IMG/VR virus record: IMGVR_UViG_3300045988_066923
Location: 1-37,845 of that record
DNA: 37,845 nucleotides
Origin: a virus
Direction: 5' to 3' (one strand)
The translations under genes were made by a program, and so were the position numbers. Under the pieces are notes generated by a model that ran no database searches, was not told the origin of the DNA, and was given only the letters and a program-made list of their open reading frames with translations. Shown in pieces: positions 15,389 through 25,431 of this stretch; the first letter of the stretch is position 1; each line of letters begins with the position of its first letter.

Positions 15389-16569
15389 AAGTGAAACCGC
15401 AGCGCCGCAGCGCTGCAAGCGACCAGTCCTGCCTGCAGTGGCTGGTGTCCAATTCTGACACGCTGGCTGTGACAGGGTACCGGCGGCTGGTTGACAGCCC
15501 TGATGTTCTGGCAGCGGTCGGAGGGCTGGCGGATATCGTCAGCAACGCGACGATTCAGCTGTTCCGCAACGCAGAGAACGGCGACATTCGCGTCCGCAAT
15601 GAACTCAGCCGGTTCGTCGATATTCATCCATGGCGGTACGGCGGCCGAAAGGACTGGGTTGAATGGATCGTTGAAACAATGCTTCTTTCCCCGTGCGGCA
15701 GCGCGTTCGTCCTGCCGCAGACGCAGGGCGGCCTACTGGTCGACCTGACCCCGATGCCGGGCGCGACAGTGGCCAGCGCGGACGGCGGCCTGACCTACTT
15801 TGTGACGTGGCGCGGAAAGGTGTACGACCCTGCTGATGTGCTGCACTTTAAGTACAGGCCCGACCCGGATCAGCCGTGGCTTGGGCTTGGCCTCCGGGCA
15901 AGCCTGCGGGACGTGACCGGCAACCTCCGGCAAGCGTCCGCCACGAAAAAAGGCTTTATGTCCGACAAATGGAAGCCGTCCGTCATCGTCAAGGTCGACG
16001 GCCTTTCCGACGAATTTTCGGACGAAGCGGGCCGCAAGCGGCTGATGTCCGAGTATCTGCAAAACTCCGAGGCCGGCGCGCCGTGGATCATTCCGGCGGA
16101 ACTTATGGATATCCAGCAGGTAAAACCGCTGAGCCTTTCGGATCTTGCGCTCAAGGACGGCGTCGAACTGGACAAACGGGAGGTCGCAGCAATCGTCGGT
16201 GTGACGCCGTATATGCTGGGCGTCGGCAACTACTCCGACGCCGACCACAACCACATGATCCGGACAACGGCGACGTCCATCGCGAACATTATCTGCTCGG
16301 AGCTGACGCGCAAGCTGCTGCTGTCTCCGGACTGGTATTTTAAGATGTCCGTCCGCCGCCTGTACAGTTACACGCTCAAGGATCTGGCTGATGTCTCCAG
16401 CGGGCTGTATGTGCAAGGTATCATGAGCGGCAACGAGTGCCGCGATTGGCTGGATATGTCCCCTGTTGACGGACTAGACGAACGCGTCATCCTTGAGAAC
16501 TACATCCCAGCCAAGATGATCAGTAAACAGAAAAAATTGGAGCAAGGAGGCGATGACAATGCCGAATGA
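15385..16569 (+). CDS. Portal protein (HK97 family)
   Basis: Size and position after the terminase, with portal-like sequence. TTG start overlaps the terminase stop. Confidence 0.9.
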   Translation: MKVKPQRRSAASDQSCLQWLVSNSDTLAVTGYRRLVDSPDVLAAVGGLADIVSNATIQLFRNAENGDIRVRNELSRFVDIHPWRYGGRKDWVEWIVETMLLSPCGSAFVLPQTQGGLLVDLTPMPGATVASADGGLTYFVTWRGKVYDPADVLHFKYRPDPDQPWLGLGLRASLRDVTGNLRQASATKKGFMSDKWKPSVIVKVDGLSDEFSDEAGRKRLMSEYLQNSEAGAPWIIPAELMDIQQVKPLSLSDLALKDGVELDKREVAAIVGVTPYMLGVGNYSDADHNHMIRTTATSIANIICSELTRKLLLSPDWYFKMSVRRLYSYTLKDLADVSSGLYVQGIMSGNECRDWLDMSPVDGLDERVILENYIPAKMISKQKKLEQGGDDNAE

Positions 16570-17149
16570 GCGCACTGCGCGCCAGATTCGCAGCTGCTCA
16601 CAGCAGTTTACCACCCGCGAAGCGGCTGACGATCTATACATCGAGGGCTACTTTGCCGTCTTTAACTCGGAGTATCCGCTCTGGGACGGCGCGAGCGAGA
16701 TCGTCAAGCCCGGCGCGTTTGACAACAGCGTTGCCGGCGACGTCCGCGCCCTTATCAACCACGACACGACGCTTGTGCTTGGCCGCACAAAGTCCGGCAC
16801 ACTGACGCTGCGGCAGGATGCCCGCGGCCTGTGGGGATCCGTCAAGATCAACCGGCAGGACAGCGCGGCGATGGATCTGTACGCGCGGGTCCAGCGCGGC
16901 GACGTCGATCAGTGCAGCTTCGGCTTTGAGATCAAGCGTGAGACCTTTGTTGATCTTGGCAGCGGCAAGTATCGCTGGGAAATCGAGGAGGTAGACCCGC
17001 TGTATGAGGTGAGCGTCTGCACATTCCCAGCGTACACCGAAACGAGCGTATCGGCCAGAAAGCAGGATCTGGAGGAAATCAACCGGCGCCGCTGCGAAGC
17101 ATGGCGCGCGTCGGCAAGAAAGAAACTTGGAGGTAACAATGGCACTTAA
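16553..17149 (+). CDS. Prohead maturation protease (HK97/S78 family)
   Basis: YIEGYFAVFN...GAFDNS...ALINHD...VLGRT...QCSFGF, positioned between the portal and capsid genes. Confidence 0.9.
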   Translation: MTMPNERTARQIRSCSQQFTTREAADDLYIEGYFAVFNSEYPLWDGASEIVKPGAFDNSVAGDVRALINHDTTLVLGRTKSGTLTLRQDARGLWGSVKINRQDSAAMDLYARVQRGDVDQCSFGFEIKRETFVDLGSGKYRWEIEEVDPLYEVSVCTFPAYTETSVSARKQDLEEINRRRCEAWRASARKKLGGNNGT

Positions 17150-18809
17150 AATCTTGAGACGCCAGCAGGATCTGCGCAGTATGCAGGCGCAGATGGAAAC
17201 ACTGGTCAGCGAACGCGACGCCTTCGCGGCCCGCGAGCATGAGCTTGAGGCGGATATTGCTGCCGCGCAGACCGAAGAGGATCGCGCCGCTGTCGATGCC
17301 GCCATCGACGAATTTGAGCAGCAGCGCAACGCAAACGTCGTGGCCATCGCAGAGCTGCAGACCCGCATTGACGCAACGACCGAAGAAATCCGCAGCCTTG
17401 AGGCTGCCCAGACGCCGCCTCCGGCGGCAGGCCAGCCGGCAGCACCGGCAGCAGAAAGGAGTAATAACACCATGCCCATGACCAACCCCGAGCGCCGTTG
17501 GCTCGGCCTGACCTACCAGGAGCGCGACGCTCTGCTGCAGGCCCCCGAAACCCGCGATTTCCTGTCCAACATCCGCGCCCTTCGCACGTCGCAGCGCAGC
17601 GCCAGCGGCGCAGAGCTCGGTATCCCCGACAATCTGCTGCCGCTCCTGCGCGATCTGACCTATCAGTCGTCCCGCGTCCTGCCGCACATTTCCGTGATGG
17701 CCGTTGGCGGCACCAGCCGCCAGAACATTGCAGGCGTCGCGCCGGAAGCAATCTGGACGGAAATGGACGCCGCCATGAATGAGCTTGATATCAATTTCTA
17801 TCAGCTGACTATGGACGGCTTTATGGTCGGCGGCTACATTGCTCTGCCGAACTATGTGCTGTCCGACGACACGGATCTCGCCCTCCTGACCACGGTTATG
17901 CAGTATCTGGCCGCGTCCATCGCAAAGAGCCTGGATAAGGCTGGTATCTACGGCACCGGTACCAAGATGCCCGTCGGTATCATCACTCGTCTGGCCGCGA
18001 CGTCCAAGCCGGAATGGTGGGGCGCAAATCAGGGCACGTTTAGCGATCTGCACGAGAGCCATATCCTCAAGCTGGATCTCGGCGCAAAGTACGGCGAGGA
18101 GTTTTTCCAGAAACTCTGCGAGGCAACCGGCGTCCCGTCCCCGAACTACTCGGACGGCCGCGCAGTGTGGTTCTGCAACCGTAAAACGCACCTCGATATC
18201 GTGGCACGCAGCCTGAACTTCAACTCGGCTGCAGCTCTGGTCGCCGGTGTCAGCGACACGATGCCCGTCATCGGCGGCACGTTTGTCGAACTCGACTTTA
18301 TGCAGGACTACGATGTCTGCGGCGGCTTCGGTTCTCTGTACAGTCTGGCAGAGCGCGAAGGCATGGTCATTGAGGCCAATACGAGCGTCAAGTGGCTGCA
18401 GAACATGACCTGCTTCAAGGGCCTTGCCCGCTACGACGGCAAGCCGGCAATCGGCGAGGCGTTTGTGCTGTTCAACTACAAAAATACCGCGCCGAAGACG
18501 ACCATTACGTTCGGTGCCGACTACGTAAACGAAGGCCTCGGCGCTCTGATCGTCACGACGGCGGCCGGTGCGTCCGGCAAGACTACCGTTACGGTCGCAG
18601 GCAATGCCAGCGCGAACAAGCTCCGTTATAAGCTCGCCGGTGCTCCGCTGTCGGTCGAAGCCGGTGAGAAGCTGGACGCCAGCTGGACGGCGATGACCTC
18701 CGGGGCTGCGGTCGCAGCCGCGACCGGGAATGTCATCACGGTCGTGGAGATCGACAGTGCTGGCAAGGCTGTCAAGCTCGGCTCTGCGACCTGCACGGCC
18801 GGCGCGTAA
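17139..18809 (+). CDS. Major capsid protein (HK97 fold) with an N-terminal coiled-coil delta domain and a C-terminal Ig-like extension
   Basis: ATG at 17139 after GGAGG. Helical, Ala/Glu-rich first ~110 aa, then the capsid core. The last ~110 aa are a Thr/Ala/Gly/Val-rich beta-like region (TTVTVAGNASANKLRYKL...VITVVEIDSAGKAV). Confidence 0.9.
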   Translation: MALKILRRQQDLRSMQAQMETLVSERDAFAAREHELEADIAAAQTEEDRAAVDAAIDEFEQQRNANVVAIAELQTRIDATTEEIRSLEAAQTPPPAAGQPAAPAAERSNNTMPMTNPERRWLGLTYQERDALLQAPETRDFLSNIRALRTSQRSASGAELGIPDNLLPLLRDLTYQSSRVLPHISVMAVGGTSRQNIAGVAPEAIWTEMDAAMNELDINFYQLTMDGFMVGGYIALPNYVLSDDTDLALLTTVMQYLAASIAKSLDKAGIYGTGTKMPVGIITRLAATSKPEWWGANQGTFSDLHESHILKLDLGAKYGEEFFQKLCEATGVPSPNYSDGRAVWFCNRKTHLDIVARSLNFNSAAALVAGVSDTMPVIGGTFVELDFMQDYDVCGGFGSLYSLAEREGMVIEANTSVKWLQNMTCFKGLARYDGKPAIGEAFVLFNYKNTAPKTTITFGADYVNEGLGALIVTTAAGASGKTTVTVAGNASANKLRYKLAGAPLSVEAGEKLDASWTAMTSGAAVAAATGNVITVVEIDSAGKAVKLGSATCTAGA

Positions 18810-18826
18810 GAAAGGAGGCGGCCTGA

Positions 18827-19135
18827 TTGTCTGAGCCTTGTGTGAACACGTCGAGGCAAATCGACCTGCTTTGCGTGGATCTCGGCCTGATGCGGATCAG
18901 CGACGATCAGGCCGCGTATCTGGGCAACCTGCTTGCGCAGGCTGCCCGGTATATCGAAACCAAGGGTATTACGCTTGATTCCGCGAGCGATGAGGATAAC
19001 GGCCTCGTCGCCCGCGTCGCCGCATGGATGTATCGCAGCCGCGCCACGACCGCGGACAATCCGCTGCCGTCCGGCCTCAGATCGTATTTGCACGATAAGC
19101 TGCTGCAGCAGAAGATGCGGGAGGTATCACCATGA
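18827..19135 (+). CDS. Head-tail connector (gp6-like)
   Basis: TTG start 8 nt after AGGAGG. Size and position follow the capsid gene. Confidence 0.7.
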   Translation: MSEPCVNTSRQIDLLCVDLGLMRISDDQAAYLGNLLAQAARYIETKGITLDSASDEDNGLVARVAAWMYRSRATTADNPLPSGLRSYLHDKLLQQKMREVSP

Positions 19136-19482
19136 TCTACGATCAGATTCTCGATGTCCATGATCTTCGCCCCGGCTCCTCGCCGCTGCTGGCCAAGCTC
19201 GGCCCCGGTACATCGTACTATTACGCCGAGGAGGAGGTCTATGCCTCGCGCTACTACGCGGGCAAACAGGCCAACAGCAAGATCGTCAAGCTCGTCTGCG
19301 TCCCGCGCGGCATGGATGAGCCGCCGATCACGTCCGATCAGTATGTCAGCCTGACGGGCTATGAGGGCCGCCACATCTACAAGATCGATCAGGCGCAGTA
19401 CGGGCACGACGACAATGGCCTGCCATGTACGACGCTGAGCCTGACCGAGCCGGAGGGCAAATATGAGCTACTCGAAGATTGA
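19132..19482 (+). CDS. Head closure / head-tail adaptor protein
   Basis: ATGA coupling to the upstream gene; called from position and size. Confidence 0.55.
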   Translation: MIYDQILDVHDLRPGSSPLLAKLGPGTSYYYAEEEVYASRYYAGKQANSKIVKLVCVPRGMDEPPITSDQYVSLTGYEGRHIYKIDQAQYGHDDNGLPCTTLSLTEPEGKYELLED

Positions 19483-19786
19483 GTCCATTTTGGACACCGT
19501 CGTTCCGGAGGCCGTCAGCGTTTACAAGGTGCAGGCGAGCCCGAGCGAGGAGCGCTATGTCGTCTGGACGCCGACCGGGACGCGGTCGGAACGGGCGGAG
19601 GGCGCGCCGATCTGCACGGTCAATTTGGGCGTTGTCACAGTGGCCACGCAGACGGAAAACGATCCGCTGTCGGCGCAGATCATCGCCGCGCTCATTGCCG
19701 GCCGCGTCGCGGTCGGGCAGGATGAGCAGAGCTTCGATGAGCAGACCATGACGTATTACACGGATATCCCGTTTGAGGTGATCTGA
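19463..19786 (+). CDS. Head-tail joining / tail completion protein
   Basis: Called from position in the connector block. Confidence 0.5.
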   Translation: MSYSKIESILDTVVPEAVSVYKVQASPSEERYVVWTPTGTRSERAEGAPICTVNLGVVTVATQTENDPLSAQIIAALIAGRVAVGQDEQSFDEQTMTYYTDIPFEVI

Positions 19787-19787
19787 C

Positions 19788-20234
19788 ATGGCGGAATTTG
19801 AAGCCGAGGTAAAGGCGCAGGATATCATCAAGGAATTGAAAGCTGATCGGCTTTTTACCGATACGAACCTGAAGACGATTTTGTCTGCCGGCGCGGACGT
19901 TCTGCTGGACAGCGTAAAATCCGCCTATGTGGCCGCTGGCCACAACCGCCGCACTGGTGAGACATACCGGCACATTGTCCGCCCGAATACCGTCAAGCGC
20001 GACAAGCAGGATGTCCCGTATATGGTCGTCACGCTGCGCGGCAAGGACGCGCGGCAGCAGCCCTATAATATCAAGGGCTTTGTCCTCAACTATGGCCGAA
20101 AAGCACGAAAGCTCTGGAAGCGAAGCGGCGGCGCGATCAAAGCTGACCATTATTGGAACCAGGCCATAAAGGCCGCGCGTGCGGCGTCAAATGAAGCCAT
20201 GCGCAAAGAAGCAATTAACATTTTGAACAGATAG
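19788..20234 (+). CDS. HK97 gp10-like tail attachment protein
   Basis: Called from position and size; basic C-terminal half. Confidence 0.65.
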   Translation: MAEFEAEVKAQDIIKELKADRLFTDTNLKTILSAGADVLLDSVKSAYVAAGHNRRTGETYRHIVRPNTVKRDKQDVPYMVVTLRGKDARQQPYNIKGFVLNYGRKARKLWKRSGGAIKADHYWNQAIKAARAASNEAMRKEAINILNR

Positions 20235-20243
20235 GAGGAGCCT

Positions 20244-20825
20244 ATGCCTGCATATGATCTGCGGTACATTCAGGCCGCAAAATACACGAAATCCGATTCC
20301 GGCAATACTGTGACCTACAGTGACGTCACAAAGGTCGGCGACGCCATGACGGCAAACTTCGAGCTGCGCAACGCCGAAGGCCGTCTGTATGCCGAAAGCT
20401 CCCTTGCCGAGTATATGCGCAAGGCGACCGGCGGCACGATCTCGCTCGGCGTCAAGTATATCACCGAGGCGGCGCAAGTGCTGCTGTATAAGGCCATCAA
20501 GACGACCAGATCCGTCAAGACGAAATCCATCAGCGTAGTCCGGTACGGCAAGACATCCACCAGCCAGTATGTCGGCGTCTCGTTCTACGCGCCTGACATG
20601 ATCGACGGCGTGGAGAAATTCACCTGCATTTTCATTGGCCGTGCGCTCTTCGGGCCGCCCAGCCACACCTATCAGACCCTCGGCGAGAACATCACATTCA
20701 ACACGCCGGTGACGTCTGGTGAATTCCTCGTTGACGCCCTCGACAACCTCGTCGAGATCGCTACCTGTGATTCCGAGGAGGATGCAAAAGCATACTGCGA
20801 CGCCGTTCTCGGCAAGACTGCGTAA
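20244..20825 (+). CDS. Major tail protein (non-contractile tail)
   Basis: About 190 aa, immediately upstream of the chaperone and tape-measure genes. No sheath gene is present. Confidence 0.7.
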   Translation: MPAYDLRYIQAAKYTKSDSGNTVTYSDVTKVGDAMTANFELRNAEGRLYAESSLAEYMRKATGGTISLGVKYITEAAQVLLYKAIKTTRSVKTKSISVVRYGKTSTSQYVGVSFYAPDMIDGVEKFTCIFIGRALFGPPSHTYQTLGENITFNTPVTSGEFLVDALDNLVEIATCDSEEDAKAYCDAVLGKTA

Positions 20826-20836
20826 GGAGGCTGGAT

Positions 20837-21247
20837 ATGTATTTACAGCCGAAACCCCTGCCGTTTGAGCACGGCGGGAAAACCTATCAGCTTTACGTCA
20901 ACATGAACGTCCTGGCAGACCTACAGGAGCTGCACGGCGGTACGCTTGAGCCGCTGCTGTCCCGGAAGCGCACCATGAAAAACATTCTTGAGACAGTGGC
21001 CGCCGCTATGAATGAGTACGCCTACGACCAGGGCTGGCCGGAACGCTTTACGAGCCGCGATGTCGGCAAGATGATGACGGTCAAGCGCTTCGGTGAGATC
21101 GCTGACAGAATCATTGAAATGATCTTTCAGGCGGTCTACGAGCCGGACACAGAGCGTCCGGCCGAAAATCAGTCGGAGGAATCCGGCGAAAAAAAAGAAC
21201 AGACCACGCAGCCGAACCCTACAGCATCCGATTCGCGTGGTACCTAA
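20837..21247 (+). CDS. Tail assembly chaperone (G-like, zero-frame product)
   Basis: Positioned between the major tail and tape-measure genes. Acidic C-terminus. Contains the A-run slippery site. Confidence 0.7.
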   Translation: MYLQPKPLPFEHGGKTYQLYVNMNVLADLQELHGGTLEPLLSRKRTMKNILETVAAAMNEYAYDQGWPERFTSRDVGKMMTVKRFGEIADRIIEMIFQAVYEPDTERPAENQSEESGEKKEQTTQPNPTASDSRGT

Positions 21248-21456
21248 ACATTTGGATCAACGTCCTGCACAACGATGAGGCTGTATTTTGGAGGACGATG
21301 ACGCCGGCGCGGTGCATGGCAATCTATCGGGAATACTTTTCCCTTGCCACGCCGCGCCGGTCTGCATCTCAGGCAATGCCAGACGGCAGATATGTTGATC
21401 TGGATAAGCCGTCCGGCTTATCGTTGCACGATTATCTTGTATCGGGGGGACTTTAA
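20837..21456 (+). CDS. Tail assembly chaperone GT-like product made by a -1 frameshift at 21190-21196
   Basis: The -1 frame entered at A AAA AAA stays open for 86 codons. It ends at TAA 21454-21456, immediately before the tape-measure ATG at 21457. Confidence 0.6.
21190..21196 (+). promoter_or_regulatory. Slippery heptamer A AAA AAA (within the A8 run 21189-21196)
   Basis: Zero-frame codons are GAA AAA AAA GAA. The run sits near the 3' end of the chaperone gene. Confidence 0.6.
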
Positions 21457-23346
21457 ATGGCTGACGCCACCATTAGCACAAAAATCAAACTGGACGGCGA
21501 GGCCGAGTATAAACAGCGGATCTCCGAGATCAATGCCGCGCTCGGAACGCTGGACAGCAAGCTCAAACTGCTTAACACGACCTATGCCGGGAACGAAAAC
21601 AGCATCAAGGGCCTGACAGAGATCAACGAGGTTCTAAACCAGAAGATCCTGACGCAGCGTGATAAGGTTGAGCAGCTGCAGGAGATGCTGCAGAAGTCAG
21701 CAGCGGCTTACGGCGAATCCGACGCAACGACCCAAAAGTACCAGCAGCAGTTAAATAATGCTGAGGCCGCTCTGGTCAAAATGGAGAAGGCTCTGGCCGA
21801 GAATACTGCCAAGCTGCAGGAAGCAGGAGGCGCAGCGGATAACTTTTCTGACGGCTTGAGCGATCTGTCAGAGCGGACCGGTGAAACGGAAGAGGCACTT
21901 GTCGATTCAAATAAGGAGATGGGCAACCTCGGCGACGTGGTGAATGGCCTGACGTCCAAGCTCGGCATTCAGCTGCCGGACGGCATGAAGTCCTCCATGA
22001 ACGCCATGGGGAGCCTCGATACACAGTCGCTGGCGCTGGCGGGCGGCTTCGCTGCCGTCGCAGCGGCGATCATCAAGGCAGAAAAAGCCATGATCTCCAT
22101 GACGAAGGAGTCCGCCGCCTTTGCCGATAACATCATCACGCTTTCCATGCAGACGGGGCAATCGACACAGCAGCTGCAGGAGTTTGCCTATGCGTCCGAG
22201 CTGATCGACGTATCCGTCGACACCCTGCAGGGAAGCCTGACAAAGTTGACCAACAACATGCAGGACACGATGAACGGCACGGGCAATGCGAAGGCATCCT
22301 TTGATAAGTTGGGCGTTTCCGTCATCAATGCCGTTGACGGAAGCATGCGCAGCGCGAACGACGTTTTCTACGAAACGATTGATGCGCTCGGGCAGGTAAA
22401 AAACGAAACCGAGCGGGATGCAATGTCCATGGACATTTTTGGCCGCTCGGCGCAGGATTTAAATCCTCTGATTATTCAGGGCTCGAAAACTCTAAAGGAA
22501 TACGCAGACGAGGCGCACAACGTCGGGTATGTGCTCGACGACGAGGCGCTTTCTGCCCTCGGCGCGGTAGACGACGCATACCAGCGCCTGCAAAAGACGC
22601 AGGAAGGCGTCAAAAACCAGCTGTCCGCCGAATTCGCCCCGTACCTCGAAGAATTCTACGGCGACGTGACCACCATGGTAAAGGACGGCGGCAAGGCGCT
22701 CAAGGACTCCGGCATTGTCGACTCGTTCGGCATGCTGCTGGATACCGTAGGAGATATCCTGAACCCTATGTCCGATCTTTCCAATAACCGCGTCCCGGCG
22801 CTGACCAAGGCATTGCAGCCACTCGCAAAGGTAATGGCGCTCATGGCCGACGCGGCGGAGCTTTTAAAAGGCGTTATCAACTTCAGCACCGGCCACATCA
22901 GCGAGGGCTGGGGACAGATGACGCACGCGCTCGGTTTCGGCTACTCCAGCGGAAACGGAAACAACTACCAAAATCTGCTCGACAGCTACACAGAGCAGCA
23001 GTGGGGGCAAAGCGCGGCAGACCTCTCCAAAGCCTACGAGGACGCAATCGCCCGCGGCGATCCGTCCACCATCGGCATCACAGAGGACGAATGGGTTCGC
23101 CGCTATCTGGGCGGCAACGCCGCCGGCACGGACAACTGGAGAGGCGGCTGGACGCGGGTGAACGAAAACGGGCTTGAGCGGATCTTCCTGCCGTCCGGAT
23201 CGCGCATCCAGACAGCAAGCGAAACGCGCTACACATCCGGCGATACCTACAACACCACCGTCTATGTGGACCACGTCGAAGACCTCGACACCATCCTCCG
23301 CATCGCCAAAAACGCACGCATCACAGCCAGAATGGGGGCGAAGTAA
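21457..23346 (+). CDS. Tail tape measure protein
   Basis: 629 aa, helical and Ala/Gln/Leu-rich, in the canonical position. Confidence 0.9.
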   Translation: MADATISTKIKLDGEAEYKQRISEINAALGTLDSKLKLLNTTYAGNENSIKGLTEINEVLNQKILTQRDKVEQLQEMLQKSAAAYGESDATTQKYQQQLNNAEAALVKMEKALAENTAKLQEAGGAADNFSDGLSDLSERTGETEEALVDSNKEMGNLGDVVNGLTSKLGIQLPDGMKSSMNAMGSLDTQSLALAGGFAAVAAAIIKAEKAMISMTKESAAFADNIITLSMQTGQSTQQLQEFAYASELIDVSVDTLQGSLTKLTNNMQDTMNGTGNAKASFDKLGVSVINAVDGSMRSANDVFYETIDALGQVKNETERDAMSMDIFGRSAQDLNPLIIQGSKTLKEYADEAHNVGYVLDDEALSALGAVDDAYQRLQKTQEGVKNQLSAEFAPYLEEFYGDVTTMVKDGGKALKDSGIVDSFGMLLDTVGDILNPMSDLSNNRVPALTKALQPLAKVMALMADAAELLKGVINFSTGHISEGWGQMTHALGFGYSSGNGNNYQNLLDSYTEQQWGQSAADLSKAYEDAIARGDPSTIGITEDEWVRRYLGGNAAGTDNWRGGWTRVNENGLERIFLPSGSRIQTASETRYTSGDTYNTTVYVDHVEDLDTILRIAKNARITARMGAK

Positions 23347-25431
23347 ATGCCGATCTTTACAGTACAGGCGAGTGGGTCGACAGCAGTTGCAAAGAACCAC
23401 CCGAATACAAACTACTCAAATCTTGCACAGTACAAGTTGTTTGCGGACCCGTTTACGGGGGAAGCAGGAAACGTCAAACAAGGGGATAACATATATATCA
23501 AATTCCCTGTGCCGGGAGATGCGTACAAGTTTAAGCGGGTAAGCAAAGTAACTCTTTCGTTTTACGCACAGCCGACAGAAGATAGCGGAAATGGGAACAA
23601 GCAAATCTGGACGTATGTAAATGCGGTGGAAAGCCAATTTGATACGAGCGTGATAACGTATGCAACGCGACCGGAAATCAGCCAAACATATACCGGGATT
23701 TCAGAGCATGCAGATGGAAAGTGGACTGCGTTAAACGAAATTGTGCAGCTGAACGCGGTTTTTGATCTGGCACAATACAGGGTCAAGAAGGAAGAAGTAA
23801 AAAAAGGGATAGAAAACGGGTTTGTCGTTGCGTTTCGTGGCGCTGTATCAGGAACAAGCGAAGCTGTTTTTTACGGAGAAAAGTCAACACGCAAGCCATT
23901 CCTGACGTGTGAATACTCGAATGATAATGTCGGCATAAAAGCAGACAATTTATCACCATCGGCAGGGGCATTCGTAAATCGAGCGCAAAAAAACACATTT
24001 ACATGGGACGCCGAGGATGACACAGATCTCACGCAGGTTTGCTTCGCAGAGGTGAAACAAACCGCTGCTGTTTTTGAGTGGCGCGTAAAAAACGCAAGCA
24101 CATCAAAAACGATAAGCGTATCTGGCTCGACGACCGCTTGCACGGTACCGGCAAACACATTCCCGTCCGGGACGCTCGAATGGCGCGTAAAGGTGACGGC
24201 AAACAGCGGCACGACAACGACGTCCGCATGGCAGGAGATCACGACAACAGACGTTACCCCGACGGCCAAGCCCGTCTCCCCTTCCGGCATCGTCATCGAC
24301 GCGACAATCGCCAACCGCTTCTCGTGGAAGCACATCATTTCCACCGGCACGCCGCAGAGTAAAGCGGATCTGCAATGGTCCGCCGACGGTACGACGTGGA
24401 ACACCCTCGCGACCGTCACGGGAGAAAACCAGTATTACGACGTTCCGGCGAACAAATTCACAAGCGGAACAAAATACTGGCGCGTGCGCACCTACAACAC
24501 AGACGGCACGCCGTCGGAATGGAGCGACAAGGCAGAGTTTATCGCCATCAACGCTCCGTCCGCACCGTCCATCGTGATCCAGTCCACCGGCCCGCGACCG
24601 CGCATCACCTGGCAGACCACCGAGCAGGAAGCCTATCAGCTGACGCTCTCCAACGGCTACGCCTCCGGAACGGTCTACGGAACAGAAAAGGCATGGCGCT
24701 CCCCTGTTTACCTCGCCGACGGCAGCTATACCATTCGCGTGCGCGTGCAGAACAAGTACGGCATGTGGTCCGAGTGGAGCGCAGCCGCGCTCCCCGTTTC
24801 GCACACCGAGGGCGAGGCGATCACGCTGTCGGTCGACGCGGCCCATGAGGCCGCGCTGACCTGGCAGACCGCAGGCAGCTATGATTTTTATCTGATCGAG
24901 CGGGACGGCGTCGCCATCGCCCGCACCACGCAAAAGCAGTACGTCGACCACACCAGCATCGGCGGCGTGACCTACCGCGTGCGCGGCTGCTATGCAGACG
25001 GCGACAACTATAGCGTGTCCAATTCCGACACTGTCGAAGTGCTGCCCGAGACCAACATGATCTGCGACCTCGAGACCGGCGTCTGGCTCGAGATGCGCCT
25101 GTCCGAAACGCAGCTGCGCACCAACCGCACCAGCTTCTCGGCCGGTGTCTCGACCGTCCATCTGGCGGGCCTTGCCTACCCCGTCGAGGAGCGCAGCGAG
25201 CAGCGCGACCGCGCCCTGTCCGTCGCCTGCGCCTGGCCGCACGCGCAGCGGGCCGCCGCCCTCGCGCTGGAAGCCCTTGTCGGCCGCCTCGTCTGCCTAA
25301 AAGACCGATACGGAAACATGGCCATCGGCTCGCTCCCGTCGCTCGAGAGCAACTGCGACGAGTTCATGCGCCGCTATTCCTTCACCATCTCGCACACGAA
25401 CCGGGAGGAGGCGATCACCCTTGACCCGTGA
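23347..25431 (+). CDS. Distal tail protein (Dit-like C-terminus) with an N-terminal DNRLRE-like domain and several FN3/Ig-like repeats
   Basis: Immediately follows the tape-measure gene. N-terminus HPNTNYS...IYIKFPVP...VTLSFYA. Repeated ~90-aa W-containing beta modules (FTWDAEDD.., EWRVKV.., FSWKHI.., YWRVRTYN.., ITWQT.., LTWQT..). Confidence 0.7.
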   Translation: MPIFTVQASGSTAVAKNHPNTNYSNLAQYKLFADPFTGEAGNVKQGDNIYIKFPVPGDAYKFKRVSKVTLSFYAQPTEDSGNGNKQIWTYVNAVESQFDTSVITYATRPEISQTYTGISEHADGKWTALNEIVQLNAVFDLAQYRVKKEEVKKGIENGFVVAFRGAVSGTSEAVFYGEKSTRKPFLTCEYSNDNVGIKADNLSPSAGAFVNRAQKNTFTWDAEDDTDLTQVCFAEVKQTAAVFEWRVKNASTSKTISVSGSTTACTVPANTFPSGTLEWRVKVTANSGTTTTSAWQEITTTDVTPTAKPVSPSGIVIDATIANRFSWKHIISTGTPQSKADLQWSADGTTWNTLATVTGENQYYDVPANKFTSGTKYWRVRTYNTDGTPSEWSDKAEFIAINAPSAPSIVIQSTGPRPRITWQTTEQEAYQLTLSNGYASGTVYGTEKAWRSPVYLADGSYTIRVRVQNKYGMWSEWSAAALPVSHTEGEAITLSVDAAHEAALTWQTAGSYDFYLIERDGVAIARTTQKQYVDHTSIGGVTYRVRGCYADGDNYSVSNSDTVEVLPETNMICDLETGVWLEMRLSETQLRTNRTSFSAGVSTVHLAGLAYPVEERSEQRDRALSVACAWPHAQRAAALALEALVGRLVCLKDRYGNMAIGSLPSLESNCDEFMRRYSFTISHTNREEAITLDP

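Noticed and set aside
21344-21616. 90-aa ORF bridging the chaperone-tape measure gap
   Set aside because: It overlaps the tape-measure start in the wrong frame. The gap is better explained by the -1 GT extension, which ends exactly at the tape-measure ATG.
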